A stretch of 64,000 bases of DNA. Origin: Prasinococcaceae sp. CCMP 1430. Taxonomy: Eukaryota > Plantae > Prasinodermophyta. Below, piece by piece: positions 50,469 to 60,100 of the stretch. The position numbers and the translations under genes are program-made. Within the stretch, counting starts at the first letter, position 1. The number at the start of each line of letters is the position of its first letter. The notes beneath the pieces are model-generated. The model saw only the letters and a program-made list of their open reading frames with translations. It searched no databases and was not told the origin of the DNA. The stretch lies in assembly GCA_013416795.1 (NCBI GenBank), contig RQSC01000032.1, positions 62,001 through 126,000 of the forward strand. The letters are read 5' to 3'.

Positions 50469-52784
50469 ATGGCCAGGCGCGTGCTAGGGCGAGTGATGCG
50501 GGCTAGGGGGCGAGCGGCGCTGGTGGCGCTCGCGACGGTGCTGGCATGCGCTGCGCCACATGCGCTGGTGGCGCGAGGCGTCCCGGCGTCAGTTACGGAG
50601 AACGCGCTGCCTGGTGCGCCGCGCACCGAGTGGGACGTGAACGCCGCGGGCGACCCGTCGCTGCAGGGCTTCGCGCGTGCGCAGTCATACGCGCAGGGTG
50701 AGGTCGCGCGCATTGCCGCACGGGCGCTCGGTGACTTCGAGTGGCGCGCCGATGTGTACCGTCTCGGGTACTACTCGGGGGAGGGCGCGCGCCACGTCCT
50801 CACGCTGCGGCCCACTGCTGCGCAGGCAGAGGCATCACGCGCGCAGCCTGAATGCGTGCTCGTGGAACCCGCCACGCTGCTCTTCGACTGTGCCAATTGG
50901 GCGACCTCGCTTGAGTTCGTCGTGCCGAACGATGCTACATCGGGTTTGTACGTTGCGCGCCTCGTGCGGACTGGCAGCGGTGACGACAACGGTGGCTGGC
51001 GGGCGGACGACGTCGGGCTCGACACATCCGCCACGCCGCAATTCGCCAAGGCGGGCGCCGCGGCAGGGACAGATCCCCGACCGGCGAACAGCACGCATTC
51101 GTACGGGGCGGCCGGCCATGGCGACCTTCGCGACAAGCTCCGCGAGCCGCGCGCATCGCACGTGTGGTTCGTGGTCAGAGCAGCGGACGCCGACCCGGAT
51201 TCAGCCGGACGTGGCACGGAGCGCGCTGCTGAGCGCAAGCGCAATGGCGTGCTTGTGCAGACGGCCGATACGACCTGGCAAGCGTACAATCGCTGGGGGG
51301 GATCGGGCCTCTACGGCGGAGTCGGCGTGGGCCACGGCCCGAAGGACTACGGTGGTGGCGGCCTCGACCCTGACGCACCCGCGCGACGCTCATTCAAAGT
51401 CTCGTACAATAGGCCGCTCGTCACGCGCGACTATCGCTCCATCAATATGCCGCTCGGCGCTGAGCTGCCCGGCATCATGTGGCTCGAGAGAAATGGCTAT
51501 GATGTCGAGTACGTGTCAGCCGGAGATGTCGACCGACTGGGAGCGGCTTTGCTGGGGCAGTATGCGGTCTTTCTCTCTCTGGGCCACGACGAGTACAGCA
51601 CGCAGCGTCAGTTCGAGGCGCTGCAGCGAGCTCGCGCGCACAACGCCACCAGTCTCTTTTTCTGGTCCGCAAATGAGTATTTCTGGCGCGTGCGCTGGGA
51701 GGCCGACCCCGCTGGCGAGGCCAGGCGCGTCATGGTGTGCTACAAGGATACGCAGGCCGACGTCAAGCTCGACCCGCTGCCGGGCGAGTGGACGGGCACG
51801 TTCCGCGACGCACGTCCGCAGAATCCGCTGGGTAGCCAGCCCGAGAATATCTTATCGGGCACTATCTTCACGGTAAACGCATGGCGCAACGACGCGCTGG
51901 AGGTGCCCAGCGAGATGGCGGCGCTGCGCTTCTGGCGACACTCGGATATGTTTGAGAGGGCTCGCGGCAGTGGCGCTGCCTATTTACCTCGAGGCGTGCT
52001 CGGGCATGAATGGGACGAGGACGTGTGCAACGGCGCTCGTCCCGCGTGTATCGCTCACCTCAGTCGCACCCAAGTGGACGGCGTCATGTACGTCCAGGAC
52101 CATGGTTCTGTGTATGACACCGGCAGTGCAACCCACCGAATGGTGGCGTTCAGGCATCCGACGTCGGGCGCTCTGACATGGGGCACTGGTACCGTGCAGT
52201 GGAGCTGGGGGCTTTCGCCGCTACACGACGGCGGCGCCGAGGGGGGGGTGCCGCCCGAGAGGGCCAATCCGTTCAACACGCGCGTGCGTCGAGATGTTGT
52301 GGGCACCGACGTGTCCGCGCAGCAGCTGAGTGTCAACATGTTTGTGGACGCGGGCGTGACCGCGCACACGCTGCAGCGCGAACTCACGCCGCCCGCGCGC
52401 TCCACGGACACAAGCCCACCGCGCTCGCGCGTTTCCTCGCAGAGCCACGATGCCATTTACGTGTTGGCGCGGGACGTCGGTGGTGGGCGCGTGGCTGGTG
52501 TCGAGTTGAGCTTCGACGGTGGTAGCTCGTGGCACTTCGCAGAAAGAGCGGCACACGCGTACGCAGGCGAGACTGGCGGTGGCGAAGGTGCTGCTCATTC
52601 GCAGAGAGCGGCTGCGTCTGCAGCCTCGGGGGCCGACGAGCTCTTCGTGCTGCGGCGTCGTGTGGGCACCCGTTGGCACCCTGGCGCGCCGCTGCTCGTG
52701 CGCGCCGTCGACGACTCGCTGAACTGCGAGACCGCGCACGCTGGCAGCGATGAGATGCGGGTTCGGGACGCCTCTGAGCTCTAG
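50469..52784 (+). CDS. Secreted N,N-dimethylformamidase beta subunit-like (DUF6605-type) protein with a C-terminal Ig-like segment
   Basis: Signal peptide, then ENALPG, VYRLGYYSG, CANW, SGLYVARL, DTTWQAYNRWGG, VSYNRP, WLERNGYDVEY, GHDEY, ENILSG, LGHEWD, GTVQWSWGL, and VAGVELSFDGGSSW. No introns. Confidence 0.85.
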   Translation: MARRVLGRVMRARGRAALVALATVLACAAPHALVARGVPASVTENALPGAPRTEWDVNAAGDPSLQGFARAQSYAQGEVARIAARALGDFEWRADVYRLGYYSGEGARHVLTLRPTAAQAEASRAQPECVLVEPATLLFDCANWATSLEFVVPNDATSGLYVARLVRTGSGDDNGGWRADDVGLDTSATPQFAKAGAAAGTDPRPANSTHSYGAAGHGDLRDKLREPRASHVWFVVRAADADPDSAGRGTERAAERKRNGVLVQTADTTWQAYNRWGGSGLYGGVGVGHGPKDYGGGGLDPDAPARRSFKVSYNRPLVTRDYRSINMPLGAELPGIMWLERNGYDVEYVSAGDVDRLGAALLGQYAVFLSLGHDEYSTQRQFEALQRARAHNATSLFFWSANEYFWRVRWEADPAGEARRVMVCYKDTQADVKLDPLPGEWTGTFRDARPQNPLGSQPENILSGTIFTVNAWRNDALEVPSEMAALRFWRHSDMFERARGSGAAYLPRGVLGHEWDEDVCNGARPACIAHLSRTQVDGVMYVQDHGSVYDTGSATHRMVAFRHPTSGALTWGTGTVQWSWGLSPLHDGGAEGGVPPERANPFNTRVRRDVVGTDVSAQQLSVNMFVDAGVTAHTLQRELTPPARSTDTSPPRSRVSSQSHDAIYVLARDVGGGRVAGVELSFDGGSSWHFAERAAHAYAGETGGGEGAAHSQRAAASAASGADELFVLRRRVGTRWHPGAPLLVRAVDDSLNCETAHAGSDEMRVRDASEL

Positions 52785-52921
52785 GTCTAAGTGAAAGCCG
52801 TGCTACACCGCTTCGGCCTGAGCACACTCTCGGCGCCGAGCGAGAATCCTTGTGTGATGCCAATCAATACCGCGACATTACTCGAGCCATTGCCAGCCGG
52901 CGACAGTAGCTGACAAGACAA

Positions 52922-54898
52922 CTATACAGAGCCTTCGCTGTCAGTCGCGGCGTCCGTTCCCGCCCGTCCCGGGTCGGACATTGCGCTCTCCGACAGCGCC
53001 CGTGAAGCGCAAGTCTCGCGCGCCTCGGCAAATGCCACAGAGCAGTCCGCAGCGCTGGGTCGTTCGGCTGGATTCGTCGCCATGGCCATGCGCAGGAGCC
53101 TGCATAGAGACTCCGACCCCCCGCGCGGTGGGGTGAACTCTCCGGTCGCAGAAAACTTGACAGTGCCAAAGGCTACCTGCGCAACGATGAGTCCAGCCAT
53201 CCAGACGTCGATCGCCGCGCCGGGCGCTGCTGGCGCGCGGGTAGTGAAGTCGATCGCGCCGCCCCCGCGGAGGAGCTCCGGCGGCCGCGTGGTCAGGCAG
53301 CACGCATCGAGCGCAACGCGAGCGAGCTTCCAAAGAGGCGTCTCGCTCTGTTGAGCCTGCGATAGCTCAGGGGCGTGCATGTGCTGCTGCCTGACGTTGG
53401 GACCTGCATCGCCGAGGTCGCTCCCCGCCGCATTCGCGACGTCCGTGCGGTTGCTACGTGCAGCAGAGCTTGCAGGTCGGCTTACGCTCGGCTGAGGAGG
53501 CTGCCACGTCGGCATTTCGGCCTCTGAACCCGCGCTGCTCGCTCTGCTACTCGCCTTCGAGGACCTTCCGGCGTCTGCGCCTGCAGTCGTCAGATCGCGC
53601 ACGCAGTGTGCGAAGCGAGCGATTTTCCAGAGCCCGTCCTCCCCGAGTTCGATGTCCTCGGGACTGAGGGTGAGCACGGCGTGCCCAGCAGCGTGCACGG
53701 CGGCGAGGCCACCCATGATGTCCTCGCCGATTGCGTAAATTTCAAGTTCGACCTCTGTTAGGTCGAGACTGTGTTGCGACCTGCGGTGAGCAGTAAGAGT
53801 CAACGTCGGGGCTGCCCGCGTGGCTGACTCGGCACCCGGGGGGGGTGGAAGCGGTTGCAGCGGCAGCAACAGCGGTGGCTGGCTCCGCATCCAGGACGCA
53901 AGCGTGCCCCCGGGACAGAACTCTGTGAGGAGAAGCACCTCCGCGCAGCCTGCACTCCCAACCGCGGATCGCCTCGAGTCCCGCGCCACGAGTCGTGCTA
54001 CGTTCGCCGACGACGCACACGCCAGCTGCAGCGCGGCCTCGCGCTCCACCGCTGCGGCCTCCTGCGGTGCACTGTCGGGTAACAACCGCCGCCAGAGCGC
54101 CATGAGCCGTCCCTCGCCCCCAACCTCGACGCATTGAAAGCCCGCCGTGAGGTCAGGCAGGGCTGGCTTTGTCTGCTCGTCTGCGGGCTCGGTGTCGCCA
54201 ACGACAGCGGCGCGAGCCTGCTGCTGCCAGCGCGGCCGCGAGGCGGACGAAGATTCGATCTTGCGCAGCACCTGCACGGTGATGCCACCTACGACTAACG
54301 TGCTGCCAACGTCGGGCGGGCCCGATTGCTTGTGTTCGTCCTCGGGCTGGTGGTGAAGCGCCACGGGCACGCGGGTGCGCGCCTCTTCGACGGCGCGACG
54401 CGCCTCTGGGCTGTCGTCAAAGCCGCTACCGCTCGGCGGAGTGTTTCGTTGGGGAGAGAGAGGCTCCCGCAGCGCGCGATCGCGCGCGCGCCAGCCTTGG
54501 CGCGACGGCGAGCCCACGAGTTCCGGGTCCATTTCCTCAAGCATGACGGTGTATGCGGACCGAGCACTCTTTTTCTTTCGCCCCGGTAGTAGGAAGCTAC
54601 CAGTGCGGCTCGGTGACTGTGGGGCCGTGCTCCCGCTCGGGCGTTCCCCAGCATCGCCAGTACCCCTCGCCCCGCCAGTTGCCCCCCTCTTCGTACCGTC
54701 GTTGGGGCCGAGCCCTGCCCCGCCGCCGTCACGCTCCAGCAGCGTGCGCACGAAGCGGGCATGCACGCGTCGCCGCCGGGCGAAGCGCGCAAAGCACCAG
54801 ATGAGCAAACCTAGCAACGCTAGGCCGCCGACGCCCGCGCCGACGCCTATGCCTACAGCCGCGCCCGTGCTCAGGCCTAAGAGCTTTCGGCCCGGCAT
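52922..54898 (-). CDS. Single-pass membrane protein with a degenerate (pseudo)kinase domain
   Basis: TM GIGVGAGVGGLALLGLLIWCF followed by RRRR. Kinase-like EREAALQL, EVLLLTEFCPGG, HAPEL, IDVWMAG and NPAERP. HRD and DFG motifs are absent. Confidence 0.7.
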   Translation of the reverse strand: MPGRKLLGLSTGAAVGIGVGAGVGGLALLGLLIWCFARFARRRRVHARFVRTLLERDGGGAGLGPNDGTKRGATGGARGTGDAGERPSGSTAPQSPSRTGSFLLPGRKKKSARSAYTVMLEEMDPELVGSPSRQGWRARDRALREPLSPQRNTPPSGSGFDDSPEARRAVEEARTRVPVALHHQPEDEHKQSGPPDVGSTLVVGGITVQVLRKIESSSASRPRWQQQARAAVVGDTEPADEQTKPALPDLTAGFQCVEVGGEGRLMALWRRLLPDSAPQEAAAVEREAALQLACASSANVARLVARDSRRSAVGSAGCAEVLLLTEFCPGGTLASWMRSQPPLLLPLQPLPPPPGAESATRAAPTLTLTAHRRSQHSLDLTEVELEIYAIGEDIMGGLAAVHAAGHAVLTLSPEDIELGEDGLWKIARFAHCVRDLTTAGADAGRSSKASSRASSAGSEAEMPTWQPPQPSVSRPASSAARSNRTDVANAAGSDLGDAGPNVRQQHMHAPELSQAQQSETPLWKLARVALDACCLTTRPPELLRGGGAIDFTTRAPAAPGAAIDVWMAGLIVAQVAFGTVKFSATGEFTPPRGGSESLCRLLRMAMATNPAERPSAADCSVAFAEARETCASRALSESAMSDPGRAGTDAATDSEGSV

Positions 54899-55373
54899 TG
54901 CCACAGCGGCACGCACCACACTGCCTCCCTTGCTGGCAGCGTGGAGGGTCTGCAATGCCAGTGACAATGTTTCGCAGCCCCAGCTGCCTCGCGCTCTTAA
55001 GGAGCGACTGGTCACGCGCACGTTCACCACGGCCGCGGCCGCGGCTCGGCCGCCGCGGACCTTCGCGCAGGCCCAGGGTTTCGCGGGGCTCGCGCCCGTG
55101 CGGGCTGGGGCCAAGGGCGGCGCTGCACGCCGCGCGTGCGCGGTGTGGTGGCGCGGTGGTACCAGGTACCACGACTCGTTGCTTCAAAGTACGAAGGCAG
55201 TACACGTGGAGGTGCGCGAATCGAGCTGCGCGCGCATTTTTTGAATGTCAACGACTCGTCGTGGACTTGGTTGTGGAGGTTCTTGAGCAATTTTACAAAA
55301 TCATTTGGGAGAGGTGTGTGGCACCATTTAGTGCTACATGGGACGTGTCGTTTCTCGTTGACCCGCAAAAAAT

Positions 55374-56593
55374 CTAGTCCGCGACGCACTGCCATCGGCC
55401 GCTCGCGCATCTCGACTGATTGAAGAAGTACATGGCGTCGTAGAGGCTCGGGTCGTCGCTGGCGGTCGTGTTCCAGTCGGCAGTGAACTGCGGCGCGTAA
55501 TTGGTAATGACGAGGTCCATCTCAACGTCGCCGCCGGGCGGAGCTGCGCGTGCGTCGTAAGAGCGCCGCGCGGCGTCGAGGAATGAGTTGCTGACAGCCT
55601 GCGCGAGCGCAATCGCCTCGCGCGTGTGCGGCACGGCAAAGCTCGGCGACCACTCAAACGCAGGCTTCTCTGGATGGAATTGCGTGCCGGAGATCGGTAG
55701 CCCCACCGCCTCGAAGGACGACACGTAAAGAGAGCCGTTGCGGTCGGGCGAGGTCGTGATGAGCGTGTAGGCAGACTCGTTCCCGAGGTATGCGTTTCCA
55801 CGGAACGCTTCGGGGCTCACGCCGCGGCTGTGATCCTCGAAGACGATGGGGGGCAGCACGTCGGTCGCCGCGCGCTCGAGGAGCTCTGGCGAGGCGCGCG
55901 AGTATAGCTGGGTCGCCTCGGGCTTCATGAGGTTCGCGCTGGCAAATTGAAGTGGCGAAGTGGAGTTCAGCGCATCAAACTCGCTGATGATTGACCCCGT
56001 CTGGTTCTCCAACGTGCTGTTGTCTTTGCCCAGTTGTAGGAGCAGCATCTCATGTCCGAGGCAGGTGCCATGTAGGGGGAAATAGCGCCCGCGCGCGTTC
56101 TCCTCCAGCACGAGATTGAGGAGGATGTCACCTGGACCTCTCGCGCGGGTTTGCGCGCATGAGCATGCCGCGGGCGCGCGTTAGAATGGATGGGTGCGCC
56201 CAGGGGCGTGCGCGACACTGCATGCGCGAGAGAGCGCCCTTGCGCACCTGCCTCGCGCAGGGGCTGCCCGGCGAAGACATAGTTTGCGCCGCCGGGGAAG
56301 ACGAGGCCGTCCAGCGCCGTCACGAGCGCGGCGAGCTGCTCGTGCGTGGCGTCGTATGGCACGGGCACCGCGCGCCCGCCGCCACTCTCAATCCACTTCA
56401 CATAGGAGGCCGCGAGGTAAGGCACGGTGTCGTTGGCCGTCTGCGCGCCAGGCGGCCACCACGGCTGCGTGAGCACCCCGACTAAGGGTCGTGCGGACGA
56501 GCCCCCGACGGTCGCCGCGAGGCTCTTCGCGGCCGCTGACAGCGCCATCGCCGCAGCGGTAAACAAGCGCGTTGCGAGGGAAGGCGCCAGCAT
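55374..56593 (-). CDS. GGH: Gamma-glutamyl hydrolase (peptidase C26), 2 exons (56248-56593, 55374-56131)
   Basis: RPLVGVLTQP, YLAASYVKWIESGGGRAVP, FPGG, GTCLGHE and TQFHPEK; signal-like N-terminus. Confidence 0.92.
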
Positions 56594-57179
56594 GGCGGGC
56601 GCGGGCGGGCGCGTGGTGAGGACTGACGGCGTCTCCACGCATTCTACGCGAGCCTCTCTCCGAGTGCGCGCCCTTCCAATTTATGCGTTTTTGGCGCAGG
56701 CACGAGCTTGGCGCAGGCTTTTCCGGCGCGGCCAAAAAAAAAAAAAAAAAGGAATGACATGACAGGGGGCGCTGCAGGGGCCGCCAGGGGGAGCGACCGG
56801 CGACCGTCCCGCCGGCGAGTGCCGCTGCCAGACCGCGGGCGGCAGGGAGGGCGTTCCCTTCCGAGGCGCAGAGGTGCTCTCAGACGCCGTGCCGTCCGGC
56901 TCCCGCGCACGGGGCGGTGCTGGGCACGACGCCGGGCCACTGGACCCCGCGAGCGCAGTTGCGCGTCCGCGGGCGGCCGCACGCTAGTATCGCTGGCGTT
57001 TCGTGCGCGCGGGCGCGTTCTGGGGGCGAACAGCCACATTAGCACGTGAGGGCTGGGGCCTGTGCAGGTCCGACTGCAAGAGCAACAGCCACGCGGCAGA
57101 CGCCCGCGCTGGCCGGTGGGTCGACGACGGGGGTGGAGGACACCGCGCGTGTTTCGGCGCGTTTGGAGAAGCCGGAGGC

Positions 57180-60100
57180 ATGCTGCCCAGGCTGTTTCGC
57201 GTGAACTCACCCGAGTTTGAGCCAGCCCCTGAGCCCGGCGATCCGGACAATGAGTCCAATCAAAGTGGCGCCAACGATGAGGAGGTCTCCCAGCAAGCGC
57301 CCGGAGGGGACGCTCGGGATGTGGAACAGCGAAGAACTCCCCGGGTCACTGCTGCGGCCATGCTGCCGAGGCTGTTCCGCGTAGATTCCCCTGAATTCAC
57401 ACCCAGGCCTGAGCCCGGTGACCCGGACTACGAGACTGCTGACGGAGCCGGCGGCTCAGACGTCACACAGCAGCCCCCCGGTGATGAGCAGTGGGAGCAT
57501 GTCTTCTTCCCCGGAGCCACCTCAGCCGCTGGCGACGGCAGTCCCACCTTACCCTCCGCGCCTGTTGCGGCCGCTGCGGGCACCGCAACATCTCTGCAAG
57601 AGCAACCGCCGATTGATGCCTTCTTCGACGATCACGCATTCGGCGGCAAGGCATTCGCTGCTGATGGGGAGGCGACGGGTCACTCCGAGTTTGAAAGTGA
57701 TCCGCTGCAGAGCCTCTCGATAGGCCGTTCTGAGCAGGAGGAGGCGCACGCGACGCAACAGCACACCACGACGCCGTCGGTGGATACGTGGTCAAGCAGC
57801 GACAATGACGACACCCCGGCGCGTGCCGCCGAGCGACTTGAGGTGACCGAGGTCGACCACTCGTCGGCGTCGGAGGACATTAGCAAAGATCGACGCCTGC
57901 ACTTCGAAGAGGTGGGAGTGTTGCGCGTTTCTCTGCCGGACGCGAATGCCGACGATGGCTCTTACGCTGGCAGCGTTGACGACGCCGGCGGGTGCGAATG
58001 GGAGGTTCAAGCGGTCGCCTTCCATCCGTTCGAAGAGTCGATTGCCGTTTCCATTGTTGCCTGTGCCCCGAGCTCCAGCGTGTGCGCTCGCGACGCTGGC
58101 TCGCACACGCGGGCGAGCGTGCGGCTCGTGGATGTGCCCACTGGGGCGACCATGGCGCTGGGGAGAGTGCCCGAGAGCTTTAATGCAGCTCTAACGGCGC
58201 TTGACTTTGCGCCCGGTCCACCGCTGACGCTGGTGGGTGTAGCTGCGGGTGACAACCTGCCAGATTCCCTCGGCGGGTCGCAAAGATGCCATGCGAGTCA
58301 CGCCGTTCTTGTATGGCGGGCGGCGCCAGGTGACGGGCTGCGCCTGCTCTGCACAGTTTCACTGGATGACATGCATACTCTGCTGACGCCGACGGTCGGC
58401 CAGCTTCAGAACAAGAGCCTGCTTAGCGGGAGCACGCGCGCACCCGTACGGCCTCCGACGGCGCTCCTGTCTGTCGCGAAGAAGTCAACGTGTAGCGCGG
58501 GCTCCTCGTGCCGTGCCTTCGTCGCATTCGCTGGCGAGTCTGCGCAGCCCGCGGCAGTGCGAGTCAACGTGCCCCTGCCCTCAAAACCGCAGCGGGGCCG
58601 CATCGACCGCGCCCCGGACGCTTTCATGCTCAGCGAGCTGCCAGCGGCGGAACGCAGCGCGACCAACTCATGCACGCTTGGGACGGGAGGGAGCAGGGAA
58701 GAAGAAGCCGCGTGGCAGAGTGGAAGAGAAAGCAGAAGCTCGGCAACCTCTGCCTCTTCGACCGCCGCCTCAACGTCACTGAGCACCGTGGCTGGCCTCG
58801 GCACCGCAGCTGTGTCTATGGTTGGATCAGCAGCGAGGTCAGTTCAGTCGGTGTCGGCGATGTCAGCTGCCGTCGGCGGACAGATGGCTGCGGCATCCGT
58901 CGCAAGCAAATCGCCACCTGTCGTTTCCATGGACATGCACCCCTCACAGCCTATGCTTATGGTGGGAAAGGCCAACGGCACGCTACTCTTCTATCGCGTC
59001 TCCTGCGACCATCCTGCCAGAAGTGATACGCGCGACAGTGTGTCCCCGCTCGCGCAAATCGACACTGGAGCGCACGCTCTGCGGTGGGCATCGTTCTGCG
59101 CCAGCAGTACACGGAGCGGCAATGCGGGCTCGGGTGGCTGCGCGCTGGTCATGTGCGAAGGGCGAGCTCTGTGTGTGGATGTTATGGACGCTCTCCAGCG
59201 CGTCGCAAACAGGCTGCACCACGGCGCGGGGCCCGTTATGCCCTTCACGCCAAGCGTCGTGGCGTCCACCATGCTACCGAGCGACTCGCATGTGCATGGC
59301 CAAGCAAGAAAGGGAAGCACTGGACGCCCCCTACCGAGGCAGCTCGTCCATGGCGGGCTATGCTACTCGCCTGCGCTTGAAAGCAAAGGGTCGAATGGCG
59401 TCCTTCCTGCTGAAACGCTCTTCGTATGGGACGGCGCCGGGCGTATGCGCGCCCTGGTGCTAATGGCATCGACAACACCCTCACACGGCACCGCGGCGCG
59501 CGCTGGTACGGCAGGTGCTCAACTGCACACGACTGCCAGCACGCAGATACCAGTCCAGTCGCTTTCGGCGTCGGCTCCACGCTGCCTCGCGTTGCATCCA
59601 GACAAGCCCTTGTTGTGCACACCTATTCCCGGGCTGCCCGACGAAGGAGCGGGGAACGGCTGCGTCCTCAAGTTCTACTCGGCAAGCGCCTACTTTGATT
59701 CCGTCAGCGCGAGCGCCACGGACGCTGCTACGCCGACCGCCGCGACCACGACGCAGTGGCTCGGGGCCAGCAGAAGCGGTGAGTCTGCGATGAGCCAGAT
59801 GCACTCCGCACATCGAGGAGTCGGAGCAGAAACACAGTCCTCTTCAAAAAGGATGCCGTTCATCAGAGTTGGATCATCCGCGCGCGCTCGTGCCGTCGCC
59901 GCGTGTGCAGCGGCGCACGCCCCCTCGCTGTACGCACTTCTCCCGGTGGCGACAGACACGGGCGTAGCTCCCTATGGAGACACGGGCGGGGCAGAACCGA
60001 CCGCCAGCCCCCCGGATAGCCGTGCCGCGACGTCACCACTGGAGCAGGAGGGTGACTGGGCTAGTGTGTCCGTCCCTGCCACAGTTCCTTTCGTCGACGG

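Noticed and set aside
50469-52784. Bacterial contaminant contig as the explanation for the DMFase-like gene
   Set aside because: It is flanked within about 350 bp by an intron-containing eukaryotic gene, has similar composition, and shows no operon or RBS context. Only read-level chimerism could revive this explanation.
55156-55172. GTGGTACC-A-GGTACCAC hairpin as a terminator
   Set aside because: A real 17-bp palindrome in a spacer, but it has no U-tract and intrinsic terminators do not apply to Pol II genes. It is only loosely related to the GTACCATC family.
13405-56593. Metabolic gene cluster (TrpG, GGH, two 2OG oxygenases, MBOAT, lipase)
   Set aside because: The genes are far apart and interspersed with unrelated housekeeping genes, with no coherent pathway.
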